In this document: positions 8,117-16,899 of the stretch, piece after piece
How the letters are laid out: every line of letters starts with the position of its first letter
Numbering within the stretch: position 1 is the stretch's first letter
From: an uncultured Bifidobacterium sp.
Lineage (GTDB): Bacteria; Actinomycetota; Acidimicrobiia; Acidimicrobiales; Ilumatobacteraceae
Direction of reading: 5' to 3'
Assembly: GCA_964344465.1 (NCBI GenBank)
Contig: CAYFNN010000003.1
Location: 11,801-41,700, forward strand
Length of the DNA stretch: 29,900 bases
Translations under genes and position numbers: made by a program
The notes under the pieces: generated by a model
Told to the model about the DNA's origin: nothing
Database searches by the model: none
The model's input: only the letters and a program-made list of their open reading frames with translations

Positions 8117-9285
8117 CGAGAAAACGAATTGGCATTGCAGTACTCGGCCTCGGCTGGATGGGACAAGCCCACAGTCGTTCGGCATCGCGCATCCCCTCGC
8201 TCTTTCCGGAATGCGAGGCCGAACCACAACTCGTCGTCTGTGCCGATACCGACGAGGGCCGACGATCACGAGCAGTGCGCGACTTTGGCTTTCAACGTTC
8301 CGTGGCTGATTTTCATGAAGCAGTAACGGCACCAGACGTAGATGCTGTTTGGGTTACGGCGCCAAACATGCTGCACCTACCGATGATTGAGGCGGCGGCG
8401 AAGGCCGGCAAGTCGATTTTCAGCGAGAAACCCATCGGTGGCAAACCCGAGCAAACTGTCGCGGCATATCGTCTCGCCGAACAGCACCGAATTGCCACTG
8501 GCGTTGGATACAACTACGTCTGGGCTCCACTCGTCATCCACGCTCGCAGCCTCATCGAGTCAGGAGCCATCGGTCGAGTAACGCACTATCGCGGGCGATT
8601 CCTGAGCATGTACGGCAGCGACGAACTTGGTCTTCTGACGTGGCGTTTCAAGTTTGCAGAGTCCGGATACGGCGTCACGAGTGACATTCTCAGCCACTCG
8701 GTTTCAATGGCTCACTATTTGGTGGGTGGAATCAGCGAAGTGGTCGGGATGAAGCACAACACCATTACGCATCGACCATTGCCAACTGGTGTCGCCAGCC
8801 ATTACGGGCGAGGCAAACCCGAAGACCCCAAGGGCGAGGTCGAGAACGAAGACTTCGCGTCCATGTTGTGTCGTTTCGAGAACGGCGCTACGGGAACGTT
8901 TGAGACGAGTCGCTCGATGGTCGGACCGGAGAGTCAGAATGCATTCGAGGTCTACGGCACAGAGGGTGCGCTCGGCTGGAACCTCGAGAAGATCAACGAA
9001 CTACAGCTGTACCGGCGAGATACGAGCGTCAATACGGGGTATACGACGATTTATGGCGGAGATCGTTTTCCTTTTCACGGTGCATTCGCCCCGGGTCAAG
9101 CCAATGCCATCGGTTTCGAAGATCTCGTGGCCATCGAGGACTACCAGTTCATGATGTCCTTGGTACGAGGTACTCGATTCTCCCCAAGCTTCAAAGAAGC
9201 GGTGGATGTTGTCAGTGTGCAACAGGCACTCATCAATTCGTGGAGCTCACGAACCTGGGAGAAGGTCGTCGACCTGACGAAGTAA
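8113..9285 (+). CDS. Gfo/Idh/MocA oxidoreductase (scyllo-inositol/L-glucose/levoglucosan dehydrogenase-like clade)
   Basis: GLGWMGQAHS, PNMLH, SEKP, GYNY, LTWRF, SDILSH, FEVYGTEG; ATGA overlap with the iolB stop gives start 8113. Confidence 0.85.
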   Translation: MTRKRIGIAVLGLGWMGQAHSRSASRIPSLFPECEAEPQLVVCADTDEGRRSRAVRDFGFQRSVADFHEAVTAPDVDAVWVTAPNMLHLPMIEAAAKAGKSIFSEKPIGGKPEQTVAAYRLAEQHRIATGVGYNYVWAPLVIHARSLIESGAIGRVTHYRGRFLSMYGSDELGLLTWRFKFAESGYGVTSDILSHSVSMAHYLVGGISEVVGMKHNTITHRPLPTGVASHYGRGKPEDPKGEVENEDFASMLCRFENGATGTFETSRSMVGPESQNAFEVYGTEGALGWNLEKINELQLYRRDTSVNTGYTTIYGGDRFPFHGAFAPGQANAIGFEDLVAIEDYQFMMSLVRGTRFSPSFKEAVDVVSVQQALINSWSSRTWEKVVDLTK

Positions 9286-9340
9286 CGACCGCCGACAAAG
9301 CGGTGAGAGTAGCGGTGAGGCGCATGCGGACGCTGTCTGC

Positions 9341-10066
9341 ATGCCCAACAACACTGAACCCAGATACCGCTCTACCGTCCTGAACCAACTCAACGATGAA
9401 TGGCGGCGCATGTGCCGGTCACAAACGACATTGCGCGCCGTTCAAGGCTGGAATCTCACTACGGACCCGGTCTCGTCACTCGACGATGTGCTCACCCTCG
9501 CCGGTTTCCGTGGAAGCAAGATTGACGATGCAGCAGACCGAGTGCTGCTGCAACTCGTGCATCGAGCCAGCAGCGATCAGCTGGCGGCACGAATCGTTCT
9601 GCAACGAGTGTTGCCGCCACTCGTTTCGGTGGCGCAGCGACGTGGCAAGCAGACACAAGGTGGGTTCGACGAGGCACTCGCCACACTGCTGTCACACGGG
9701 TGGGAAGTGATTCGCACCTACCCCGTCGACCGACGCCCGGCGAAGGTTGCCGCCAACATCACCCGTGACGCCGAATACTTCGGCTTCGTGCGACGCAACC
9801 GACAAGTGGCAGAGATGCAGTCATTCGACCCCGACTCGATTCCGGCTGCGCCGCACTACTACAACTCATCCGAACAACTCGACGATCTTCTCGAACACGC
9901 CCGGCGATGCCGTGTATCTGCACGTTCAATCGAAGTGTTACGGGTGCTCGGCACTCACTCGTTGGCCGAGATGGCACAGCAGCAGGGTCTTTCCCCCCGT
10001 GCGGCACGTCGGCGCCGACAGGAAGCGCTCAACGAGTTGCGTGTACGAACGCGGTCTGCTGCGTGA
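9341..10066 (+). CDS. hypothetical protein, divergent sigma-70 (ECF-like) region 2/region 4 architecture
   Basis: 241 aa. Region-2-like LPPLVSVAQRR...FDEALATLLSHGWEVIRTY...AANITRD and C-terminal HTH-like SLAEMAQQQGLSPRAARRRRQEALNELR. Judged by eye only. Confidence 0.55.
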   Translation: MPNNTEPRYRSTVLNQLNDEWRRMCRSQTTLRAVQGWNLTTDPVSSLDDVLTLAGFRGSKIDDAADRVLLQLVHRASSDQLAARIVLQRVLPPLVSVAQRRGKQTQGGFDEALATLLSHGWEVIRTYPVDRRPAKVAANITRDAEYFGFVRRNRQVAEMQSFDPDSIPAAPHYYNSSEQLDDLLEHARRCRVSARSIEVLRVLGTHSLAEMAQQQGLSPRAARRRRQEALNELRVRTRSAA

Positions 10067-12284
10067 GCTTCGTGGTGCGAAGCCGCAGGCTGTTGGTAAC
10101 TACGAACACACTCGAGAACGCCATTGCCAAACCTGCCCACATTGGATTGAGCAGGCCGAACGCAGCAAGCGGCACCGCGGCCGCGTTATAGACGAACGCC
10201 CAGAACACATTCGCGCTGATCGTACGCAGCGTGGCGCGTGACAAGAGGATTGCGTCTGGCACGAGCCGCAGGTCGCCACTCACGATGGTGAGGTCGCTGG
10301 CGTTCATCGCCACGTCGGTGCCGGTGCCCATGGCGATGCCGACGTTGGCCTGCGCAAGAGCCGCCGCATCATTGACTCCGTCGCCGACCATCGCCACGGC
10401 ATAGCCGCGCTCTTGTAGATCGGCGACAACACGTACCTTCTCTTCGGGCAACACGCCGGCAATCACATGCTGCTCATCGGTCTCGATGCCCACTTGTTTG
10501 GCTACCGCGAGCGCAGTCGCACGACTGTCGCCGGTCAGCAGGATGGGTCGCAAGCCGAGTTCACGCAGAGCCGAAATGGCAGAAGCGCTGTTTGCCTTCG
10601 GTCGGTCGGCTACCACACACACGCCACGAACGGCGCCGTCGATTGCCACCAGAACGGCAATATTGCCAACGGCTCGCGCGGCATCGATGGCTGCCGACAT
10701 CGCTTGGGGAATGAGCACCAACTTGCGGCGCATCAACACCTCATTACCCACCATCACACTGCTGCCAGCAACACTGCCGATGGCACCCATACCCGGCAGA
10801 TTTTCGAAATCGCCTACCGCAGCAAGGTTGCCGACTTCGGCCCGCGCCGCCGATGCAATGGCCTTGGCGACTGGGTGTTCGCTGGCGTGCTCAAGTGCAC
10901 CTGCTGCAGCGAGAACATCCGACCGCGACGCACCTTCGTTACATACCACGTCGACTAACTGCATCGCACCGGTGGTGACGGTGCCGGTCTTGTCGAACAC
11001 CACGGTGTCGATGCGTCGCGTGCCTTGCAACACGTCGGCACCCTTGATGACGATGCCCATCTGTGCCGCACGACCACTGCCCACCATCAATGCAGTGGGT
11101 GTTGCCAGGCCGAGCGCGCACGGACACGCAATGATCAACACCGCGACCGAAGCAGTGAAGGCCTGCGACAAATCGCCATCCAGCCACCACCAAATGGCGA
11201 ACGTGACGAGTGAAATCACAATCACCGTTGGCACGAACACGCTGCTCACTCGATCGGCGAGTTTCTGCACGGGTGCCTTGGTTGCTTGCGCGTCACGAAC
11301 CAGGCGGGCCATCTGCGCAAAAGTTGATTCGGCACCGACACGCGTCGCCTGCACGACGAGGCGACCGGTGAGATTCACCGTGGTGCCGGTCACGGATGAT
11401 CCAACCGTTACATCGATCGGCACACTTTCACCCGTCAGCATCGATGCATCGACTGACGAACTCCCCTCGCGGACCACGCCGTCGGCCGCGATGATTTCGC
11501 CAGGTCGCAGGACGATGAGGTCGCCCACCTGCACTGCCGATGCGTCGATGAGAAGTTCCTCGCCGCCCCGAACGACCGTGGCGGTGCGGGCACCGAGTGC
11601 CAGCAGCGATCGCAGCGCATCGCCAGCGCGGCGCTTGGCGCGGGCCTCGAAGTAACGGCCGGCAAGGAGGAAGATCGTGACGGCGACTGCGACCTCCATA
11701 TATATGTGGTCAATCTCTGACGAGGTCATGCTCATGCCGGTGTGGTCTTCGGCGGCGTTGCCCCATACGAGTGCCCATACCGACCAACCCATCGCGGCGA
11801 TGATGCCGATGGAGATGAGCGTGTCCATCGTGGTGGCACGGTGGCGTGCGTTCATCCAGGCGGCGCGATGAAACGGCGCAGCACCCCAGACGACGACTGG
11901 CAACGAGAGTGCAAGTGCCCACCACTTCCAATTCGAGAAATGCAAGGCGGAAATCATCGACAGTGCAGTGACAGGTACGCCAGCAATCAGCGACACGGTC
12001 AGACGTGTGCGCAACATCGCTACGCGTTCGTTGGTTTCTTTGTCGAGCATCTCCGGTGTGGTGTCGGCAAGTAGACGGGCGCGATAGCCGGCTTGTTCGA
12101 CCTGCGCTACGAGTTGTTGGGTGGTGATGCCACCTTCCAGTGTGATTCGGGCAGTTTCGGTAGCAAAGTTGACGGTGGCACTTACACCGTCCATCGAGTT
12201 GAGCGATTTCTCGACTTTGGTCGCACAGGCGCCGCAGGTCATGCCCGAGATGGCGAGGTCGACCTGCTCAAGTTGTGCAGTCAC
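10029..12284 (-). CDS. copA: copper-translocating P1B-type ATPase
   Basis: N-terminal HMA GMTCGAC, TGES, CPCALGLATP, DKTGT, EHP, GDGVNDA, YN and MAFSS motifs (P1B-1 signature). GTG start; an in-frame TAA at 12323-12321 prevents upstream extension. Confidence 0.92.
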   Translation of the reverse strand: MTAQLEQVDLAISGMTCGACATKVEKSLNSMDGVSATVNFATETARITLEGGITTQQLVAQVEQAGYRARLLADTTPEMLDKETNERVAMLRTRLTVSLIAGVPVTALSMISALHFSNWKWWALALSLPVVVWGAAPFHRAAWMNARHRATTMDTLISIGIIAAMGWSVWALVWGNAAEDHTGMSMTSSEIDHIYMEVAVAVTIFLLAGRYFEARAKRRAGDALRSLLALGARTATVVRGGEELLIDASAVQVGDLIVLRPGEIIAADGVVREGSSSVDASMLTGESVPIDVTVGSSVTGTTVNLTGRLVVQATRVGAESTFAQMARLVRDAQATKAPVQKLADRVSSVFVPTVIVISLVTFAIWWWLDGDLSQAFTASVAVLIIACPCALGLATPTALMVGSGRAAQMGIVIKGADVLQGTRRIDTVVFDKTGTVTTGAMQLVDVVCNEGASRSDVLAAAGALEHASEHPVAKAIASAARAEVGNLAAVGDFENLPGMGAIGSVAGSSVMVGNEVLMRRKLVLIPQAMSAAIDAARAVGNIAVLVAIDGAVRGVCVVADRPKANSASAISALRELGLRPILLTGDSRATALAVAKQVGIETDEQHVIAGVLPEEKVRVVADLQERGYAVAMVGDGVNDAAALAQANVGIAMGTGTDVAMNASDLTIVSGDLRLVPDAILLSRATLRTISANVFWAFVYNAAAVPLAAFGLLNPMWAGLAMAFSSVFVVTNSLRLRTTKLTQQTAFVHATR

Positions 12285-12285
12285 G

Positions 12286-12358
<73 letters not shown>

Positions 12359-12370
12359 GATGGGCTTTTC

Positions 12371-12376
12371 AGGCTA
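12371..12376 (-). promoter_or_regulatory. -10 element for tRNA-Lys (and probably copA)
   Basis: TAGCCT 12 nt upstream of the mature tRNA 5' end; the same hexamer precedes iolC, the M14 peptidase and the methyltransferase. Confidence 0.6.
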
Positions 12377-12385
12377 GTTGCGCGC

Positions 12386-13042
12386 TCAACGCACGAGCAG
12401 CGCAGTGGCAGTGAACTGCAACACCACCGCTACCACTGTGAGCAGGTGCCACACCTCGTGGAAACCGAATTGTGTCGGGCGTAAGCGAGGCCAGCGTCGG
12501 TAGAACATCACCGCACCCGCGGTGAACACGGTGCCACCCGCCGCATATAACGCAAGACCGGTCGGCCCGATGTGCTCGTATGCCCACGGCAATACGAAAA
12601 GAACGATCCACCCCAACACGACGTAGAGCAACGAGGCAAAAACCCGCGCCCGCCAAATCGACTTCAGCACGATGCCAAGCGCGGCGATAGCCCACACCAC
12701 ACACAACATCACGATGCCAAGTGCGCCCGGTAACGCAACCAGACACACGGGTGTATAGGTTCCCGCAATCAGCACATAGACCATGGAGTGATCGAGCCGT
12801 TGCATCACCAGCTGTGCACGTCGACTGCGCGCGAGGATGTGATACGACGCTGATGTGCCGAACAACAGCAACATTGATGCGACATAAATCGACGATGCAG
12901 TCGTTGCAACCGCCCCACGGGCGAGCACAATCAGCACGATGCCGGCCGGCAGTGCCGCACAGACGGCACACGCATGAATGCGACCACGCCAGCGCGACCG
13001 AAACTCACCGGTGATGTGGTGCAGCACGGGCTGATATGGCAT
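12386..13042 (-). CDS. hemolysin III / PAQR (TrhA-like) membrane protein
   Basis: RGRIHA, SASYH, RLDHSMVYVLIAGTYTP, LYVVLGW, GG..FTAGA.FY, FGFHEVWHLL; start ATG 13042 preferred over 13195. Confidence 0.92.
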   Translation of the reverse strand: MPYQPVLHHITGEFRSRWRGRIHACAVCAALPAGIVLIVLARGAVATTASSIYVASMLLLFGTSASYHILARSRRAQLVMQRLDHSMVYVLIAGTYTPVCLVALPGALGIVMLCVVWAIAALGIVLKSIWRARVFASLLYVVLGWIVLFVLPWAYEHIGPTGLALYAAGGTVFTAGAVMFYRRWPRLRPTQFGFHEVWHLLTVVAVVLQFTATALLVR

Positions 13043-13068
13043 GTGAGGCTCTACGCCGACAGTACAGC

Positions 13069-13116
13069 CGCTGGCCGGTTCGTTGCGCTCATGGATGTGA
13101 CGCGAACGGCCCAGCG
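13069..13116. terminator. long imperfect hairpin between the DUF1566 gene and the hemolysin III gene (terminator or stability element)
   Basis: CGCT/AGCG, GGCC/GGCC, GTTC/GAAC, GCG/CGC and TCA/TGA arms nested around a GGAT loop; no U-tract. Confidence 0.3.
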
Positions 13117-13127
13117 CCACGCAGTAC

Positions 13128-14474
13128 TCAGCCGAAGGCTCGAATTGGTCGCACGTGGAAGGGATTGAAGCCGCCGTCTTTGCGCGGGTCGCCACTCAAC
13201 CACTTTTCGCGGTCGAATTGCTGACCGTCGACCCAGAGCTGCGTCCAGGCGGTCTCGTTGTTGTATTCCGACGATGTCCAATAGAACCCGCGGGTGAAGC
13301 CGAATGAGTTGTTGCCCGTGAGGTCGTTGTCGGAAACGGCGAGCACGTTATATAACGTGTCGAGTTCGTCTTTGCTCGGCAGAAACCAGTCGTCCTTGCC
13401 GCCGCAGACGAGAGAGTTGGCGTAGCCAGCGGCAGTTGCTTCAAGTGAAGCTTGCGGTAGACCCTTGTGCTGCTTGACCACCAGTGCCGTATTCACCTGA
13501 CCCATACCAAGGCGTTTGGATTCGACTCGTTGACGAGCGGCAGTCGCCCACGTCGGGTACAGCATCGGCAATTGCTTGGTTCCCTTCTTGCCGGGCAGCG
13601 CGATTCGCCAGGTAACGCCAGATTTCTGGCACAACGCAGGTGACGCTTCGAGATACCGACCCCACGACTCGGTCTTGCCGGCATCGTAAAACACAACACC
13701 ACCACCTGGCCCGAGGTCGCCAACTTGGCAACTGCGACCCGCGGTGCAGTCAGCGGACGTACGACCGCCGGCAGGGATCACTGGGCGTGGAGGTTTGGTC
13801 GGGAGCACGACACCTTTGGGCGCAAATGCGTTGATGCTTGTGCGCCGCATCGGTTTGGCGATGAATGAAGAGCCCTTATGTACATTGCTCTTGGTCAACG
13901 ACTTATTGCCAGTTAGACCGCTAATGATGCCGTTGGCGTCGGTGAACTGAGTGCCATCGTTGAACAACTGATACCAGGCAAAACTGTCTGACGCCTCCGA
14001 CGAACTCCACCATGGCTCACCGTTCATTCCCATTTTGAATCGCAAATTCAATGGACTCTCTGTCGTGACGATGAAGTTGTAGAGCGCATCGAGCTCATCC
14101 TTCGAGGGCGTAAAGAGGCAGTCAAGGCAAGGGCCAAAGAGCAACTGGCCATTCGAGCGGCCCGCGCCAAGTGCTTTTGCTTCGATTCTTCTGGCCTTTA
14201 CATCCGAACCGTAGAACATCGGATTCGCGGTGAGCCACGGAAATCCACCCTTCATCGTCGGGCTGTCGGGGAAAGCTTCCATGTATTGACCCCACCATTG
14301 AGGAGTCGCGGCCGCGTAAAAGACCACGCCACCACGCGGGCCAGTGTCGCCGAGTTTGCACGTACCGCCGTCTCGGCATGACTGCGCAACGGCAGGCTGT
14401 TGATGCTGTGCCAGAGAGAGAGCAGAGCTCAACAGTGCGATACTCAACATCACTTGCCACCTGCGCTTCGTCAT
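13128..14474 (-). CDS. secreted protein with two tandem DUF1566 (Lcl C-terminal, C-type-lectin-like) modules
   Basis: Signal peptide (MTKRRWQVMLSIALLSSALSLA). Two modules begin C..G..C..GD.GP.GGVVFY and carry PSKDELD.LY, W(S/T)SSE and AW.Q...DG.QF; the protein ends VRPIRAFG. Pro-rich linker between modules. Confidence 0.75.
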   Translation of the reverse strand: MTKRRWQVMLSIALLSSALSLAQHQQPAVAQSCRDGGTCKLGDTGPRGGVVFYAAATPQWWGQYMEAFPDSPTMKGGFPWLTANPMFYGSDVKARRIEAKALGAGRSNGQLLFGPCLDCLFTPSKDELDALYNFIVTTESPLNLRFKMGMNGEPWWSSSEASDSFAWYQLFNDGTQFTDANGIISGLTGNKSLTKSNVHKGSSFIAKPMRRTSINAFAPKGVVLPTKPPRPVIPAGGRTSADCTAGRSCQVGDLGPGGGVVFYDAGKTESWGRYLEASPALCQKSGVTWRIALPGKKGTKQLPMLYPTWATAARQRVESKRLGMGQVNTALVVKQHKGLPQASLEATAAGYANSLVCGGKDDWFLPSKDELDTLYNVLAVSDNDLTGNNSFGFTRGFYWTSSEYNNETAWTQLWVDGQQFDREKWLSGDPRKDGGFNPFHVRPIRAFG

Positions 14475-14480
14475 GCGCCG

Positions 14481-14533
14481 ACCTTATCTGCAGGTATGGC
14501 GAGGGGTGCGGCTACGTGCTCGCGGTCTAGCCT
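14481..14533. promoter_or_regulatory. back-to-back leaderless-type -10 elements
   Basis: Minus TAAGGT (14486-14481) + 6 nt + ATG 14474; plus TAGCCT (14528-14533) + 6 nt + ATG 14540. Confidence 0.7.
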
Positions 14534-14539
14534 CGGCAC

Positions 14540-16228
14540 ATGACTTACGACTTTGACCGCTTCTTGCGCTACGACGAGATGTCGGAGTGGTTGCGCGCAC
14601 TCGCCACACAGCACCCGAACCTGCTCACGGTTGAAAGTTACGGTCAGTCGCACCTCGGTCGCGACCTGCTCGTTGCCACCATCACCGACACGCGCTCAGG
14701 TGAGCACGATACGAAGCCTGCCCATTGGATTGATGCCAATATTCATGCAGTCGAAGTCACGGGCGGCGTGGCGGCGCTGTACATCATCCACCACCTCGTA
14801 ACGAAGTTTGTCGAGAAGGATGAGACTGTCGTTGAGGCATTGCGTACGCGCACGTTTTACATCGCGCCACGCGTAAACCCCGATGGCGTCGAAGATGCAC
14901 TTGCAGACCGACCGCTGTTCCACCGCTCGAGCGTGAGACCCTGGCCGTGGCGCGACGGTCACCGCTGGCCGGGCTTACATCCACAAGACATCGACGGTGA
15001 CGGTCGTATTCTCACGATGCGCATCGCCGACCCAGACGGTGCGTGGATGCCACACCCTGACGAGCCGCGCGTGATGATTCCCGTTGGACCGCTTGGCGCA
15101 CCAAAGGGTGCGACGCGCTATCGACTGCTCACCGAAGGGCTCATCGAGAACTACGACGGTTTCACCGTCGATCAGCCGCGCGACCCTGCTGGTCTCGACT
15201 TGAATCGCAACTTTCCGGCGGGCTGGGGTGTCGATGTACTCGGCTCGGGTGATCACCCGATGAGCGAGCCAGAAATTCACGCTCTCGTTCGTGCGGTAAA
15301 GGCGCGACCGAATGTGTGTGGCTACAACGCGTTCCATACCGCGGGTGGTTTCATGTTGCGACCGAGCAGCAATCTGCCCGACTCAAAGTTGCCGCCCGAA
15401 GATCTCTTCATCTTCAAGAAATTCGGTGAACACTCGACGCCGCTCACGACGTATCCGGTGCATTCGGTGTATGAAGACCTCACTTGGGACAAGTCGCGCG
15501 TGATGGGCGGCGCAGGTGACGACTGGGCGTACGACCACCTCGGCGTGTATTCGTGGACAACCGAGTTTTGGGATGCGATCTACCGTGCGACCGGCGAACA
15601 TTCACCCACAGACGTGTGGTACGTCGGCCCGACGCCGACTCAAGACCTCGCTGTGTGCCACTGGAGCGACACGCACGCCCCGGGGTCGTATGTGGCGTGG
15701 CGAAAGTTCAAGCATCCACAACTTGGCACGGTCGAACTTGGCGGCCCCGACATGTTCCACATCTGGACCAATGCCCCGTCGGCGATGTTGCGAGCCGAGG
15801 TTTCCGCCCATGCCGATGTTGCGATCTACCAAGCGATGGCATCGCCGCGACTCGAGATCAAATTGGCTGAAGCCGAATCACTCGGTGGCGCCGTATGGAA
15901 GGTACGACTCGGCGTCGCCAACACTGGATGGCTGCCGACCAACGTCACGCAACACGCGAAACACAAGAACATCGTGTTGCCAGCGGTCGTTGAGATCACG
16001 GGCCCAAATGGTGCAGCCGTCGATCTCGTTGAGGGTGAAGCGCGCGTACGCATTGGACAACTCGAGGGGCGCTCAAAGGTGCTGCTCGATGGTGGGTCGA
16101 TGTCCGACGGAACCACTGACCGTCATCTGCACACGTGGATTGTCCGCGCTAAGAAAGGCAGTGTGCTGACATTGTCAGCATCGCATCAACGCGCTGGTTC
16201 GGTGTCGACCAACGTGACGCTCGCCTGA
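14540..16228 (+). CDS. M14 family zinc carboxypeptidase
   Basis: DANIHAVE (HxxE), VNPDG, DLNRNF, SEPE, AFHT, WTTE motifs; DIDGDG Ca-binding-like loop; no signal peptide. Confidence 0.9.
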   Translation: MTYDFDRFLRYDEMSEWLRALATQHPNLLTVESYGQSHLGRDLLVATITDTRSGEHDTKPAHWIDANIHAVEVTGGVAALYIIHHLVTKFVEKDETVVEALRTRTFYIAPRVNPDGVEDALADRPLFHRSSVRPWPWRDGHRWPGLHPQDIDGDGRILTMRIADPDGAWMPHPDEPRVMIPVGPLGAPKGATRYRLLTEGLIENYDGFTVDQPRDPAGLDLNRNFPAGWGVDVLGSGDHPMSEPEIHALVRAVKARPNVCGYNAFHTAGGFMLRPSSNLPDSKLPPEDLFIFKKFGEHSTPLTTYPVHSVYEDLTWDKSRVMGGAGDDWAYDHLGVYSWTTEFWDAIYRATGEHSPTDVWYVGPTPTQDLAVCHWSDTHAPGSYVAWRKFKHPQLGTVELGGPDMFHIWTNAPSAMLRAEVSAHADVAIYQAMASPRLEIKLAEAESLGGAVWKVRLGVANTGWLPTNVTQHAKHKNIVLPAVVEITGPNGAAVDLVEGEARVRIGQLEGRSKVLLDGGSMSDGTTDRHLHTWIVRAKKGSVLTLSASHQRAGSVSTNVTLA

Positions 16229-16854
16229 GCGGGTGGCACCTGGCCCATATCGCCTGACGCATGGCGCACCTGGTCTGATGCATGGCGTGAACGCCACGCC
16301 TTCCATGCGATGTATGACGCACAGGGGATGAGTACCAAGTTCGGATACGACACGACAGGGTCACCAATCGAGAGACCGTAGGTGAACCATCCGATGCCCA
16401 TCGAAGCGAGCAGCACGTTGGATATGACCGAGACTCCGAAGAGATACTTGGTGCGCAGTGCACGCCACACCTGCGGGAAGATCGCCGGGGTACCGATTAC
16501 TACGCCGGCGAGGCCGATCACCGTCGGAGAGATGAACGCAAAGGTCACACAGAACGCACCCGTCGCTACCGCGACAAGCACCGGCTGCCAGAGCGGAATC
16601 GCGTTTTTGCGCACGAGCATCACCATCAACGCAATGATGGCAAGCTCGATGTTGATGTTCGACAGGATCATCGGGACACTCTCGGTAGTGATCGCATACG
16701 TCAACCACATCGGTGTGCCGGTGAGACCGATGAGATGCGAGTGTGGCGCAATTCCCTCAACGCTCTGGCGGGCGTAGACACGCACCACTTGTGGCCAAAT
16801 GAACGCAACACCGAGCAGGCTGGCGAGCGTGCCCGAAATCGTCGCCAACGTCAC
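16186..16854 (-). CDS. 7-TM SWEET/PQ-loop family transporter
   Basis: From GTG 16854: FIWPQVVRV...MWLTYA...LSN, a linker helix, then IFPQVWRA...GWFTYG...YPN, i.e. two PQ repeats plus a central TM. The upstream part of the 327-aa track ORF is antisense to the methyltransferase. Confidence 0.8.
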   Translation of the reverse strand: MTLATISGTLASLLGVAFIWPQVVRVYARQSVEGIAPHSHLIGLTGTPMWLTYAITTESVPMILSNINIELAIIALMVMLVRKNAIPLWQPVLVAVATGAFCVTFAFISPTVIGLAGVVIGTPAIFPQVWRALRTKYLFGVSVISNVLLASMGIGWFTYGLSIGDPVVSYPNLVLIPCASYIAWKAWRSRHASDQVRHASGDMGQVPPAQASVTLVDTEPAR

Positions 16855-16860
16855 GCGCCA

Positions 16861-16893
16861 AACATAATGTGTAGTACGAACGTGCCGTAGCCT
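16861..16893. promoter_or_regulatory. back-to-back leaderless-type -10 elements
   Basis: Minus TATGTT (16866-16861) + 6 nt + GTG 16854; plus TAGCCT (16888-16893) + 6 nt + GTG 16900. Confidence 0.7.
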
Positions 16894-16899
16894 GACGGC

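Noticed and set aside
10486-11655. Long + strand ORF (389 aa) and other large antisense or alternative-frame ORFs (e.g. 3377-3961, 16757-17512, 26405-27076, 28985-29665)
   Set aside because: They shadow well-supported genes (copA, dehydrogenase, methyltransferase, ycaQ/ppi, sigma factor), show no motifs, and are expected in high-GC DNA with few stops.
13128-14474. Complete diversity-generating retroelement
   Set aside because: No reverse transcriptase, avd or adenine-variant template repeat seen; the two modules are diverged at synonymous sites, consistent with old duplication.
16221-16287. Degenerate ~30-nt direct repeats (TCGCCTGA...GCACCTGG twice; CTGAYGCATGGCG twice)
   Set aside because: Short and imperfect, lying in the low-complexity C-terminal tail of the SWEET-like gene; no CRISPR-like spacing.
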